Virus record (IMG/VR): IMGVR_UViG_3300036985_006490
Coordinates: 1 to 64,000 of that record
Strand: one strand, 5' to 3'
Length of the DNA stretch: 64,000 nt
DNA from: a virus
Below the pieces are notes generated by a model that worked only from the letters and a program-made list of their open reading frames with translations, ran no database searches and had not been told where the DNA came from. Below, in pieces: positions 36,444 through 46,733 of this stretch (positions are counted from its first letter, which is position 1; each line of letters begins with the position of its first letter). Both the position numbers and the translations under genes were made by a program.

Positions 36444-37886
36444 TTATTTACATTCATATTTAATTGAGTAGTCGTTAAATCTTGGGTGTTTATTTTTTAT
36501 TCTTCCTATAGTACCCCATCCTGAATTTGTTAACTTAATCACTTCAGTTAAAGTGTGGTTCCCTGATTCTATGAGTTGTCTTATATTTTTATAATCTTCA
36601 TAACTAATTAAACCTAAGAATTTCTTTTTAGATGAGGAGTCGTCTCCGAAATAGTCTACTTGGAACTCTCCCCATGTTTTATATTTAGAGTTACCGTTTT
36701 TTCTGATAGAAAGATAAAAAAACATACAGACATCGTCGTGTGAATGTTTTTTTAATTCCCTTTGATATTGAGGGAATTTACCTAACTTTTTAGTTATATA
36801 TGAAACCGCCCATTTAAAAACATCCTCATTAGAAAAATCATATAGTTTATCATATGGTGCGGAGTCTCCCAATATTTCATGAATAAGGTGATAATTCTCA
36901 CCTGCTTCGTACAAATTACGTTTGAACGATTCTGTTCCACCATGTTTAGGTAAAAAATTTACAACATTTTGAAATCCGTTTTTTCTCATTTCATCCACAG
37001 TTGGGAATCTATTAAGTGTCTTAATCAAATCACTCATGACCCTAACGCAGTAATTAACATCGTTACATTCAAAAGTTTTTTCCTCGTATACCCACGTCTC
37101 ATTAAAATGTTTATTACAGTACTTAACAAAAGTAGAAAACTTACTAAAATAGTGTGTTACCTGATGTCGTAAAGTTGGACTTAATGTATGGTATCTTGGA
37201 TTTTCACTACCAAAATAACTTTTAACATTATTATAGATATCCTCTAATTTTAACACTTTACCTGTAATTAAATCTAATGGAGAAAAATCTTTACCCTCAT
37301 TGAATTTAATATCTACCCCATTTGTTAATAGTAGTTCCTTCAAATGAGTATAAAACCAATCAACCCCTTTTTTTGAACAGTCATCATCATATGTTGATAT
37401 TAAATTATACCCTAACTTTAAATACTGTTCTTTTTTATAATCATTTCTTTTATTCAATCCCCCCCAATGTTCCCAATATATGTTATAGTCAACTAAATAA
37501 CCATCAGCCAAGTAATTTTCGAACACTTTTGGATTTCCGTCAATGTTTACCCCCCAAGCTTTCATAAAACAAAAGGCAACAAATTCATAAAACCCCCTGA
37601 AAACATTACCATCTAAATAATAACCCGATTTTTTTTCAGGATAGTCGTAACCGAGTTCATCCAAAACCTTTTTGTACCATTCAGAACGTGATAATTTTCT
37701 ATTTGCAATTGCACTAGTTATTTTTCCATACTCAGGATGATTTCTGAAGTACACAAATGGAGGAGCGAATCCAAATTTATCCACTGTAATTTGAACCGCA
37801 TCTTTTAATTCGGAATAGATTGAATCTATATTCCAAATTTCATTATGATGAACCCCACTAAGAAATTGACCTTTATCGTTTCGCAT
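36444..37886 (-). CDS. Putative free-standing (homing-type) endonuclease / DNA-binding repeat protein
   Basis: MRNDKGQF start; ADGYL..YNIYWEHWG PD-(D/E)xK-like motif; repeated RFP/KFP helical modules; C-terminal HTH-like segment. Confidence 0.5.
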   Translation of the reverse strand: MRNDKGQFLSGVHHNEIWNIDSIYSELKDAVQITVDKFGFAPPFVYFRNHPEYGKITSAIANRKLSRSEWYKKVLDELGYDYPEKKSGYYLDGNVFRGFYEFVAFCFMKAWGVNIDGNPKVFENYLADGYLVDYNIYWEHWGGLNKRNDYKKEQYLKLGYNLISTYDDDCSKKGVDWFYTHLKELLLTNGVDIKFNEGKDFSPLDLITGKVLKLEDIYNNVKSYFGSENPRYHTLSPTLRHQVTHYFSKFSTFVKYCNKHFNETWVYEEKTFECNDVNYCVRVMSDLIKTLNRFPTVDEMRKNGFQNVVNFLPKHGGTESFKRNLYEAGENYHLIHEILGDSAPYDKLYDFSNEDVFKWAVSYITKKLGKFPQYQRELKKHSHDDVCMFFYLSIRKNGNSKYKTWGEFQVDYFGDDSSSKKKFLGLISYEDYKNIRQLIESGNHTLTEVIKLTNSGWGTIGRIKNKHPRFNDYSIKYECK

Positions 37887-37997
37887 AACACAAAGGAACT
37901 AAAAAAATTCGACTAATCCAAAAATTATGAAAAAATATCGTGGATAATCATCACAATTATTTAATATGGTGTGAGTTTCTTTATTCTATTTATTGTT

Positions 37998-38696
37998 ATG
38001 ATAAAAGACTTACTAACAATCGTTATACCTTGTAAGAATGAATCAGAGTTAATTGATTTGACTCTGAGTTTATTAAACAAACAAAAAGATATATCAGGCA
38101 CAAAAGTTATTATTGCTGATTCATCTGATGATTCTACAAGAGATATTATATTATCAGGAGACCATAGTAATTTAAACATTACTATTATTGATGGTGGGTA
38201 TCCGAGTGTTGCAAGAAACAAGGGTGCCATGATGTCCACAACCCCTTACATTTTATTCTTGGACGCTGATATATACTTAATTGATAATGCCACCATAAAA
38301 GAGTGTATGGATATTATACAGAAAGAATCATTGGAGTTATTAACCTGTAAGTTTAGATGTGAAGGTAGGTATTCATTTGTTTTCCCCATCTTTGAATTCT
38401 TTAGAGATTTATCGATTAGATATTCCCCATGTGCTATTGGAGGTTTTATGTTGTTTGAGTATGATTCCTTTATAAGAGTCGGAGGGTTTGATGATGAAGA
38501 TAAATTTGCTGAGGACTTTCATCTTAGTAGTAAAATCCCCTCTGAATCTTTTAAGGTTATAAATAAAAAGATATATACCACAGATAGAAGATTTCAGAAG
38601 AAGGGATTATTTTATATGGTTCGTGTTGCCATTTTATCCATAATGAATAAAAACAATCCCGCGTTTTTCAAATATGACCACAACTACTGGCTATAA
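37998..38696 (+). CDS. Family 2 glycosyltransferase
   Basis: TIVIPCKNE, IADSSDDST, ARNKGA, FLDAD, GGFD...AED. Confidence 0.92.
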   Translation: MIKDLLTIVIPCKNESELIDLTLSLLNKQKDISGTKVIIADSSDDSTRDIILSGDHSNLNITIIDGGYPSVARNKGAMMSTTPYILFLDADIYLIDNATIKECMDIIQKESLELLTCKFRCEGRYSFVFPIFEFFRDLSIRYSPCAIGGFMLFEYDSFIRVGGFDDEDKFAEDFHLSSKIPSESFKVINKKIYTTDRRFQKKGLFYMVRVAILSIMNKNNPAFFKYDHNYWL

Positions 38697-39399
38697 GGTC
38701 GTGATAATGTCCGACCTCCACTTGGGAATGAAAGACTGTAAACCTAAACGTATTCTTGAATTCCTTGATACCATCGATACAAACCTCCTTATACTTAACG
38801 GAGATATTATTGATATTGATGCTCTTCGTCGTGGTAGTAAGTGGAAAGATAAACATATGAAGGTTCTTATTAAGTTATTGGATATGTCCCGCCATACAGA
38901 GATTATCTATATCAGAGGGAACCACGATAATGATGTGAAGGATCTATATAACAGCATCCTCGGGAATATTAAATTCATGGATGAATATATGTTTTTTGCT
39001 GGTGGCAAGAAGTATCTCATATTCCATGGTGATAAGATTGATATCACAACCAAATATAAATTGCTTACTCAGATTGGTTCCATTGGTTATGACCTCGCCC
39101 TTCGTCTTAATACATGGTACAACAGGTATAGAGAATTCACAGGCAAACCATATTATAGCATTTCTAAAGTTATTAAGGAGAACTTTAAGAATGCCGTATC
39201 ATTCATTAACGACTTCGAGGTGAATGCCTGTGATTATGCTAAGACCCTTGGTTGTGATGGTGTTATCTGCGGACATATTCATATCCCCTCCGCTAAGGTT
39301 ATTAACAACATAGAATACTACAACTCAGGTGATTGGGTGGAGAACTTCTCCGCTCTTGTTCTTACTCAGGATAATGAATGGAAATTGATTGATTCTTAA
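38674..39399 (+). CDS. LpxH-like UDP-2,3-diacylglucosamine diphosphatase-family metallophosphoesterase
   Basis: SDLHLG, NGDIID, GNHD, HGD, CGHIH, NSGDWVE. Confidence 0.88.
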   Translation: MTTTTGYKVVIMSDLHLGMKDCKPKRILEFLDTIDTNLLILNGDIIDIDALRRGSKWKDKHMKVLIKLLDMSRHTEIIYIRGNHDNDVKDLYNSILGNIKFMDEYMFFAGGKKYLIFHGDKIDITTKYKLLTQIGSIGYDLALRLNTWYNRYREFTGKPYYSISKVIKENFKNAVSFINDFEVNACDYAKTLGCDGVICGHIHIPSAKVINNIEYYNSGDWVENFSALVLTQDNEWKLIDS

Positions 39400-39442
39400 A
39401 TCAATCTTGTTAATCTCATTCTTATTCCGTACCTTTGTAACT

Positions 39443-39823
39443 ATGAAGAATACCCTGAAGATGAAGAGACTTATGATATCGTATTTGGATTCGATGTATC
39501 CTGGAATTTACCTGTTGAAATTGGATTTCTTGGGTGATGTGGTAGAGACCTTTGATAAGGATCCACAAGGCAATTGGTTTGACGATAGAAGAGTCGGTAG
39601 ATCTAAAAATAGTTGGTTTGACATGAGAAAGGAAATCATCTCGAGATTGGAGTTGATGTTCTCTGTGAATTATATCACCGCTGATAGTGTATTGAATGAT
39701 TGGGTAAACTGTCGACCTAAGTATAAATATGTGAGAAAGTCTATGGACGAGCAAGTTCTTGTGCAAGTGAAAGAGGAATGGGTTCTTGCCCCAGTGATTG
39801 AGAAATGTCATACAATGATGTAA
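39443..39823 (+). CDS. WF-domain-like protein without leader (host-type promoter)
   Basis: TACCTTTG at 39430-39437; SYLDSMYP...LELMFSV......LNDWV. Confidence 0.65.
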   Translation: MKNTLKMKRLMISYLDSMYPGIYLLKLDFLGDVVETFDKDPQGNWFDDRRVGRSKNSWFDMRKEIISRLELMFSVNYITADSVLNDWVNCRPKYKYVRKSMDEQVLVQVKEEWVLAPVIEKCHTMM

Positions 39824-39886
39824 CTGTCATATGCCGGGTTCGATTATCCCCCAACCCCCTTTTTTATTTTAATGATATTTATAACT

Positions 39887-40198
39887 ATGAAGTATATCAT
39901 ATCTGAACAAAGATTAGGACGAATAGTGAACAAGTACTTAGATGACTTGGGATTTACAGAAGGAAACGATGATGCTGATGGGTTTGATATAATGCGTGGC
40001 AATAGTCAAGTACTGGCTTACCGCAATGAAGAAGAGAGATTATATATTAGTACTGATTTAATTAGAGATGTAAGAGACCTTTTTGGATTACCCCAAAAAG
40101 AAAGTATGAACTATATCAGGAATTGGTTTCAGGATGAATATAATACACCAGCAAGGACAGTATGGTTGTTATTTCCTGATGAACCATTCACCTATTAA
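39887..40198 (+). CDS. Leader plus WF-domain family protein
   Basis: MKYIISEQRL...LFGL...ES..YIRNWF. Confidence 0.78.
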   Translation: MKYIISEQRLGRIVNKYLDDLGFTEGNDDADGFDIMRGNSQVLAYRNEEERLYISTDLIRDVRDLFGLPQKESMNYIRNWFQDEYNTPARTVWLLFPDEPFTY

Positions 40199-40217
40199 TT
40201 TCCTTATATTTATCTAT

Positions 40218-40502
40218 ATGAAATACATTATCTCCGAGAGTCGACTTGATGGTATTATGACAGAATATTTGAATTCATCCCTATTGAATAAGAATATTAT
40301 TGATAACCAAGCGGGTATCGCCGTGTATGACGATGAGGAGGATTATTTACAATATTTTCCGAGAAAAAGAGAACTGTTCATATTGGGTGAATTCTTGGAT
40401 GAGTTCGAAACTATGTTCGGTCTTAGTCGAAAGGAATCAGTTAGATTCATTACGAATTGGTTCGAAAATGAATTTTATGTGAAAGTTCACATGGCTGGGT
40501 AA
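40218..40502 (+). CDS. Leader plus WF-domain family protein
   Basis: MKYIISESRL...MFGL...ES..FITNWF. Confidence 0.78.
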   Translation: MKYIISESRLDGIMTEYLNSSLLNKNIIDNQAGIAVYDDEEDYLQYFPRKRELFILGEFLDEFETMFGLSRKESVRFITNWFENEFYVKVHMAG

Positions 40503-40509
40503 TTGGTTT

Positions 40510-40851
40510 CTACCCAACATATTTTCTAGCACCACGTGTATATAAATCCACAAACTTCTCAAACAACTTCTTATCATTTTTGATTAAATTACGAAGTCCG
40601 TCTTCTAATTCTTTCATTTGTGGAACATGGGTATCAGCATAGTCCATAGGTATTACACTTACAACCCCCGAGTATATTGCTCTATCTAAGTATGTATCGA
40701 AGTCGGGCACGGAATATGGTATGTACCAATCTGCGGCTTGAATAACTGCATTGATGAGTTCGGGCAATCTTCTTTTAAGGTATGGATTTACGTTACCTTC
40801 ATTAATCCCCATCACTTCTTTAATTCTATCTATGTCTTCTTGTAAATTCAT
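40510..40851 (-). CDS. MNLxEDI-leader plus KRR-domain protein
   Basis: MNLQEDIDRIKEVMGINE. Confidence 0.75.
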   Translation of the reverse strand: MNLQEDIDRIKEVMGINEGNVNPYLKRRLPELINAVIQAADWYIPYSVPDFDTYLDRAIYSGVVSVIPMDYADTHVPQMKELEDGLRNLIKNDKKLFEKFVDLYTRGARKYVG

Positions 40852-40855
40852 TTGG

Positions 40856-41488
40856 TTATATGTTGGAGATATAGTGGTCATAAATCTCATCGTGTATCGA
40901 ATGTTTCTTGATTAAATCCAATATCATTGGCTCTAACTCCTCACGAATGTTTAACTGATCCTCGTATTCCCCTCCTATTTCATCGTGAACGAAATCTCTT
41001 GTTGCCATGAATACAACCCTTTTTAGAAAATGGTCAAAGTCTCTGAATCTACGTGGAGATAACCAATCATATGAATGTTCAATATAATCAATTAAAGCAT
41101 CCATTCTTCTTTTAACAAGAAGTAGTTCTTTAGATTCATTAATCCCCTCGCTTGTATCAGACTTTTGCGAATAGTAGTTTTCTTTGATTTTTCTAAATAA
41201 TCTTTTATCATTACGTAATAATTGAAGAGCAAGTGGGAGTAACTCATCTATTTCTTCAGAAGTCACGAGAGTATTATTATATTCAAAGAAACCATCTATT
41301 GAATGCCTTAAAATTAACTTAAGATATTCTTCAAAACTATCCATTTCTTCTATAAATTCATCCATCCATTCGAAAGAATTAAGGAGAACATCAAGAAATT
41401 CATTTTGTCTTCTCTTGAAGAAAGTATCACGACTTTCGTTAATCCCCATGACTTCCTTAATCCTGTTTATGTCTTCACTCAAATTCAT
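40856..41488 (-). CDS. MNLxEDI-leader plus two tandem KRR domains
   Basis: MNLSEDINRIKEVMGINES; an internal GINES precedes the second copy. Confidence 0.78.
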   Translation of the reverse strand: MNLSEDINRIKEVMGINESRDTFFKRRQNEFLDVLLNSFEWMDEFIEEMDSFEEYLKLILRHSIDGFFEYNNTLVTSEEIDELLPLALQLLRNDKRLFRKIKENYYSQKSDTSEGINESKELLLVKRRMDALIDYIEHSYDWLSPRRFRDFDHFLKRVVFMATRDFVHDEIGGEYEDQLNIREELEPMILDLIKKHSIHDEIYDHYISNI

Positions 41489-41510
41489 ATTGATAAATAT
41501 AAAGGAAATG

Positions 41511-41538
41511 AAAAACCCCTACTTTTTGGGTGAGGGTT
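41511..41538 (-). terminator. Family terminator
   Basis: Hairpin with G-U pairs and a T-run on the minus strand. Confidence 0.85.
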
Positions 41539-41544
41539 AATTTG

Positions 41545-42228
41545 TTATTCATAATTTCTCATATTTTCAAACAGACCTGGCGGTTTTTCAATTATATTCA
41601 TTCTGTAACTTGGTATTCTATAAACAATTACCATGAATGCTTTTGCTTGGTCTTCAGTTATTTCACCTTTTTCTAATAACTCCAATATTGCCATGACTCT
41701 GTGCCATCCTTCTTGAAGGTATAGTTTGTTGTTCACAGATTCAAAAACCAATGGTTCATTTTCAGGTGTAACAACTGTAGTGTCATAACCATTCTCCCTT
41801 ATTTTATTCAATTGAAATTCTAATCTTTTTTGGAATGTTGGAGTATTCTTTTTCATTTGAAACCAACTTTGAGTTCTATCCGCAAACTGACTCGGATTAA
41901 TTGTTTTTACACCAATAGTGATATTCCTCGTATCTCTATTTTCAACTTTCGCCATCTGCTCAAGTGTAAAAGTATATGGTTGACCAAAATTTAATCTCAT
42001 TGGATCTTGTGGAATGAACGAACCATTTGGCATTAACGGAAACAACCATTCTCTAACCGCGCTTACAGGAAATTTTTTCGGTTCCCCTGTAAAACATGAA
42101 AACATAGATGCCAATTCATCTCTCCCAAATTTATCACCATTGCGATATGTTTTTGGTAAACAATTTTTTGAAGATTCATTAATCCCCATTACTTGTTTAA
42201 TCCTTTCTATGTCTTCACGTAAATTCAT
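41545..42228 (-). CDS. MNLxEDI-leader plus ParB/Srx-like domain
   Basis: MNLREDIERIKQVMGINES; EPLVF....LYLQEGWHRVMA. Confidence 0.7.
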   Translation of the reverse strand: MNLREDIERIKQVMGINESSKNCLPKTYRNGDKFGRDELASMFSCFTGEPKKFPVSAVREWLFPLMPNGSFIPQDPMRLNFGQPYTFTLEQMAKVENRDTRNITIGVKTINPSQFADRTQSWFQMKKNTPTFQKRLEFQLNKIRENGYDTTVVTPENEPLVFESVNNKLYLQEGWHRVMAILELLEKGEITEDQAKAFMVIVYRIPSYRMNIIEKPPGLFENMRNYE

Positions 42229-42250
42229 AATGATAAATATATTGGAAATG

Positions 42251-42279
42251 AAAAACCCCCACCTTTTGAGTGAGGGTTT
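42251..42279 (-). terminator. Family terminator
   Basis: Core identical to the 36368 copy. Confidence 0.85.
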
Positions 42280-42284
42280 GTCTA

Positions 42285-42893
42285 TTAGTTATTTTTCTTA
42301 ATATCATTGATTAAATTTACAGGAATGATTGTTCCTACTGAGTATGTTGACCCTACAGGTGCTTGTGTTACAGATGTTTCACCTGGACGAGCTCTAAGTG
42401 CTTTTCTCATTGGAAATGCTAACTCATTAAGTGGGCCATAACATTCTGCGATTGTTACACCATTAACTTTATTTGGTAATATATTACATGGCATACACCA
42501 CATATTACTCATTCCACCCTCAGGACCTTTTGCTACAATAAATGTTCTGCTCACCGTTGGTAAGTTCTTCCAAGTTGGTGCTTGAGGAACACTATCATAA
42601 TACCAAAAATAAGACCATACAGTCTTATCTGTACCGTCAGGTGTAACTGAAGGATTAGGAACCAAGATTGTATTTGCAACTGAAGGACCATCCATTACAG
42701 GACAAACGGAAACACCTTCGAAGAACTTTCTGCCTTCTATGGTTATTACCTTTCCCGTTGGTTTTGCTGATGATGCTCCACAGAATGCAAACTTTCCTAC
42801 AACAATTGTTAATGCTTTGTCTTTGTGTTGTCTTTGGGCAAATACTGTTGTTGCTAACCCCAATACCGCCAATAGTAATAATAATTTTTTCAT
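42285..42893 (-). CDS. Secreted Cys-containing protein
   Basis: Signal peptide ending VFA-Q; 5 Cys. Confidence 0.75.
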   Translation of the reverse strand: MKKLLLLLAVLGLATTVFAQRQHKDKALTIVVGKFAFCGASSAKPTGKVITIEGRKFFEGVSVCPVMDGPSVANTILVPNPSVTPDGTDKTVWSYFWYYDSVPQAPTWKNLPTVSRTFIVAKGPEGGMSNMWCMPCNILPNKVNGVTIAECYGPLNELAFPMRKALRARPGETSVTQAPVGSTYSVGTIIPVNLINDIKKNN

Positions 42894-42925
42894 AGTTTTG
42901 TTTTATTATAAATAGTTTTGAAATG

Positions 42926-42954
42926 AAAAACCCCCACCGTTTGGGTGAGGGTTT
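42926..42954 (-). terminator. Family terminator
   Basis: Hairpin plus T-run. Confidence 0.85.
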
Positions 42955-42959
42955 CATTA

Positions 42960-43826
42960 TTATAATTGACTTTCTGCCGTGACTTTGACGTTTAATAACT
43001 TCCATCCCGCATCACATAGTTGGTCACTGTAACAATTTCCCGTGAACCACGGAGTTGATGACGGTCCTTTAGGTGAATATCCTTCCCAATATGATGGTGT
43101 TATCCACCATCCTTTTTCCATACTTGATTTTAGTGTGGACATATCTACTGTTGTACCATCCGCTCCACCATCTGCTAATACATCATATATTACAGCACTC
43201 ATTCCGTTTTGTGAAACAGATACTGTCATATTAGTATAATCAGAGTTGAACTCTATTATCATATCAAATGGTTTATCAATATCTAATACATCAACCAAAT
43301 TATGTGTACCTTTAGATGAATCGTTTGACAAATTTGCCTGAGTATAACAATTATCATCTAATATCCCATCAGTATATGAATATTCATATCTTTGGGTATT
43401 GTTCAAATGAATAGTTTGTTGAAAGATTCTATTACCATTTGTTTCCAAGAAATCAATTTCATTACAATAAGGTGATCCAGCGTTTCCCGCGTCACAATAG
43501 TTAGTTCCTTTAGGTTGAACTGAATTGTTAACCATGTAGAAAGAAGCATTTAACCAATTGTTTTTTTGTACACTGTTTGGTTCTAAACCTGATAAATCAA
43601 TTGTCGCAGTGATTTTGGATATGTTCTTATATCCATGAGTTGAGACAACCCGACCTGGATTAAATGTAACACTTGAATCTGTAATAACAGGATCGAGTGT
43701 TGGATTACACCAATCACTAACCCAATCTTCTTCAAATGTAACATCATACGTTGTATTCGTGACGGTTTTTGGTTGACATCCGAATACCAATAATGTCATT
43801 AAACCAAGGATAAATAATTTTTTCAT
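42960..43826 (-). CDS. Lipoprotein glycoside hydrolase, clan GH-B (GH7/GH16-like)
   Basis: Lipobox LVFG-C; NASFYMV, YCDAG....CNEIDFLETN (ExDxxE), IDKPF. Confidence 0.75.
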   Translation of the reverse strand: MKKLFILGLMTLLVFGCQPKTVTNTTYDVTFEEDWVSDWCNPTLDPVITDSSVTFNPGRVVSTHGYKNISKITATIDLSGLEPNSVQKNNWLNASFYMVNNSVQPKGTNYCDAGNAGSPYCNEIDFLETNGNRIFQQTIHLNNTQRYEYSYTDGILDDNCYTQANLSNDSSKGTHNLVDVLDIDKPFDMIIEFNSDYTNMTVSVSQNGMSAVIYDVLADGGADGTTVDMSTLKSSMEKGWWITPSYWEGYSPKGPSSTPWFTGNCYSDQLCDAGWKLLNVKVTAESQL

Positions 43827-43915
43827 AGTTTTGTTTTATAATAAATAGTTTTGAATTAGGACGGTGAACTAAAACTACAACCAAAAATATATAAATTATT
43901 TTTTATCGTAGAAAG

Positions 43916-44833
43916 TCAAATTAATTTCTTAATTTTATAATCATTACTGATTGAGTTAATTACATTTTTCGCAATTACTTCATGACAATATTTTGACGGA
44001 TGAATATCGCTCAAAGCATTTTCAGGTATCTTCCCCCCAAATCCCTCTTTATCATTTGCAATAACAAATCTTTCTTCGCAACTATTTTGTAAATCCCATA
44101 TCGTTTTATAGGTTTTACCCTCGTGTTCTAATAATATATGTCTGTCTTTATAGAAATCATCATCAAACACTACTGAGGATTCATTCATCCAAAACAATAC
44201 TTTAGTTTTTATACCGTTGGCCTCTAAGTATTTAAGATAATTTTTAATTTCATTATTAAAATGATTCATATGTAAATCAAGGTAGTCTTGAATAGTGTAA
44301 TTATTCTCATCTAACCATTTAAGAAAAATATCATCAATACCATTTTCAACATTTTCCTCCAAACCGTCCTCTAACATCTCACGAATAATAGACACATTAT
44401 TAAATTTAGGAGTGGGATACACAATATAATTTTTTCCCTTATATATAAACTTGAATCCAGATCTATATGGTTGTGTCATTTGAAAAATAACATATTCAAT
44501 ATCATCAAAATAATAATTTTCTTCACTTAACCAAGGACAACTTCTAATTAAAGGATTTGCGGTTTGCTGATATTTATCGAATATTTTTTTTAAAAACATT
44601 AAACTTGTTACATCACTGCCACCATTTGTTGCTTTACACACGTCGAAAGTATTAAAATGATTTGCAACTAGTCTTGGAAACCTAATTGTGTCCTTAAATT
44701 TAATTAACGCATCCGTCATTAAACTGTAGTCATACACCCAATCATCAAATTTAGGAGTGTGATTAAGGTCGGAGTAAAAATATAACCCTTGACCCCAAGT
44801 AAAGGAACAACCCGCAAAAACTAATCCTTTCAT
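43916..44833 (-). CDS. SGNH hydrolase-like protein (paralog of 24994)
   Basis: FAGCSFTWGQG...RFPRLV...DIHPSKYCH. Confidence 0.7.
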   Translation of the reverse strand: MKGLVFAGCSFTWGQGLYFYSDLNHTPKFDDWVYDYSLMTDALIKFKDTIRFPRLVANHFNTFDVCKATNGGSDVTSLMFLKKIFDKYQQTANPLIRSCPWLSEENYYFDDIEYVIFQMTQPYRSGFKFIYKGKNYIVYPTPKFNNVSIIREMLEDGLEENVENGIDDIFLKWLDENNYTIQDYLDLHMNHFNNEIKNYLKYLEANGIKTKVLFWMNESSVVFDDDFYKDRHILLEHEGKTYKTIWDLQNSCEERFVIANDKEGFGGKIPENALSDIHPSKYCHEVIAKNVINSISNDYKIKKLI

Positions 44834-45600
44834 TATATAAATTTATTTTTTTTACTAAAATCGACAAAATGTCTGTTATTTGTTTTTTTTAAATCAATTA
44901 TTTTTTTTGGAATACTATTTTCCCAATTTTCACAGATTAAATCCATTTCTTTTACGTAATATTTTTTCATGTTTTGTTTAACCCATTCTAAATATGTTGA
45001 AGTTGGTGGGTGACCGTCAATTTTGTTTGGTAAATCATCAAAATAATAATGTTGATTTTTTTTAGTATGAAATTCAACGAAACTTTCCCCTATAATCATT
45101 TTATTTATTATGTCCAAACAAATATCCACTTTTGAATTTGGGTTATTTGGTTTTTCATATTCTCTTGCACCATCAATTTGATTGAAATTAAAAGATTTCA
45201 TTAATTGATACTCACAACCTATTGAATCTAAGAGTTGTTTTGCCGATGTTATCGAAAACCAACTATTATATAAACCAAATTCTTCACTCCATTTATTAAA
45301 AACAAAATCTCCATATAAACTATGACTCTCACCATATATACTACCATTAGTTTCAAAATCAGAATTTTGATTTATATAATCAAATCTATCTATGGATGAA
45401 AACATAATCAAAACCACATCGTCTTTAGTAATCTTATTCATAGAGTGACACTCATATAGGCCACTTGATATGAAAAAATTACCAGCACCTGGCTTACCCC
45501 AATTTTGAAATTCTTCAAATTGGGTTCCAATAATATCAGCCCACGTTTGCCATTTATAATTTGTAAAACTACAACCAAAAGTAAAAAGTCTGCCCTTCAT
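44833..45600 (-). CDS. SGNH hydrolase-like protein
   Basis: FGCSFT, NWGKPGAGN, DGHP. Confidence 0.7.
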   Translation of the reverse strand: MKGRLFTFGCSFTNYKWQTWADIIGTQFEEFQNWGKPGAGNFFISSGLYECHSMNKITKDDVVLIMFSSIDRFDYINQNSDFETNGSIYGESHSLYGDFVFNKWSEEFGLYNSWFSITSAKQLLDSIGCEYQLMKSFNFNQIDGAREYEKPNNPNSKVDICLDIINKMIIGESFVEFHTKKNQHYYFDDLPNKIDGHPPTSTYLEWVKQNMKKYYVKEMDLICENWENSIPKKIIDLKKTNNRHFVDFSKKNKFI

Positions 45601-45608
45601 ATTTAAAA

Positions 45609-46724
45609 TTAAACTCTATTTGAATATTTTTTATAAAACTCTACATATGGGTTGAATTCATCATTTTCACAATTTTCCCATATCTTGAGCGCAAGATTCT
45701 TATTGTATTCTAACTTAAGTTCGATTTTTTTGTATAAATCGTAATAATTTTTTTCTTTCAAATTATTTAAGTTTTCAATTATTCCTGATATTCTATCGTT
45801 GATATTATCTTTTGAATCAAATTCATAATCAAATATTTCATCATATAATTCAAATCCATATTTGGTAATTTCCTTATTTTGATTTTTTGCCCCAAAACAA
45901 AGAAATGGATGTTTTAACAGAATTGGACGATAAGTTTTTTCGGTTACAAACGGTATATACATAGAAGTTTCACCAACTAAAGACATAAAACAGTCTGGAT
46001 TTGTAATTATGTCAGTATATTCATCTGTGAATCCAAATTCTTTTATCCCATACCCATCTACATTCATGTGTTTTTCTTCCCAATATTTTAATTTATAAAC
46101 AAAATCATCATTTACTAATAAATCCGTTATTCCAGATTCAGCTATTGTTTGATTCCAAGAATTAATCCCGAATTCAAATAAATTATTATAATATAATTGG
46201 TCAATCATTAAACATCTATGATATCTCGACTTGTTGTTAAGGTTTAAATACAATTTACTAAAACTATTTTTTACTGATAAATCTTTGATATTTAATAGTC
46301 CTTTTAATCCTCTCGGGCCAAGGCAAAAATCTTCTAAACCGTTATATGTATGCGATATTAAATAAGTTGGCCAATATAAAATTTTGAAATTCTTTATTGA
46401 ATTTTCAAACGGTTTATATAATTCAGGGTAATGGCCACCAAGTACTAAATAAAAATTACAATTATTTTGTAGTAATATATTTTCTAATTCAAAAAATTCA
46501 GGATGAATGGCGAAACCTGTATTCAAAGTGTAACATCGAGTCAACCACTCCACCTGCATCTCTGTTGGATAATTATAAATTATACATTCTGGTTTCTTTT
46601 CAAGAACTAAATCAATTATTGGCCTTAATGTTAAATCAGAATGATTTATTGATCTATCAATAAACAAACATTTATCATTGTTGTGATGATGGTAAAAATA
46701 CCCTAAATAATCTTTTGCTAGCAT
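45609..46724 (-). CDS. Glycosyltransferase-like protein
   Basis: LNLNNKSRYHR, LVGET, TEKTYRPI..HPF, GFELYDEIFDYEFD. Confidence 0.6.
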   Translation of the reverse strand: MLAKDYLGYFYHHHNNDKCLFIDRSINHSDLTLRPIIDLVLEKKPECIIYNYPTEMQVEWLTRCYTLNTGFAIHPEFFELENILLQNNCNFYLVLGGHYPELYKPFENSIKNFKILYWPTYLISHTYNGLEDFCLGPRGLKGLLNIKDLSVKNSFSKLYLNLNNKSRYHRCLMIDQLYYNNLFEFGINSWNQTIAESGITDLLVNDDFVYKLKYWEEKHMNVDGYGIKEFGFTDEYTDIITNPDCFMSLVGETSMYIPFVTEKTYRPILLKHPFLCFGAKNQNKEITKYGFELYDEIFDYEFDSKDNINDRISGIIENLNNLKEKNYYDLYKKIELKLEYNKNLALKIWENCENDEFNPYVEFYKKYSNRV

Positions 46725-46733
46725 CCCTTTTTG

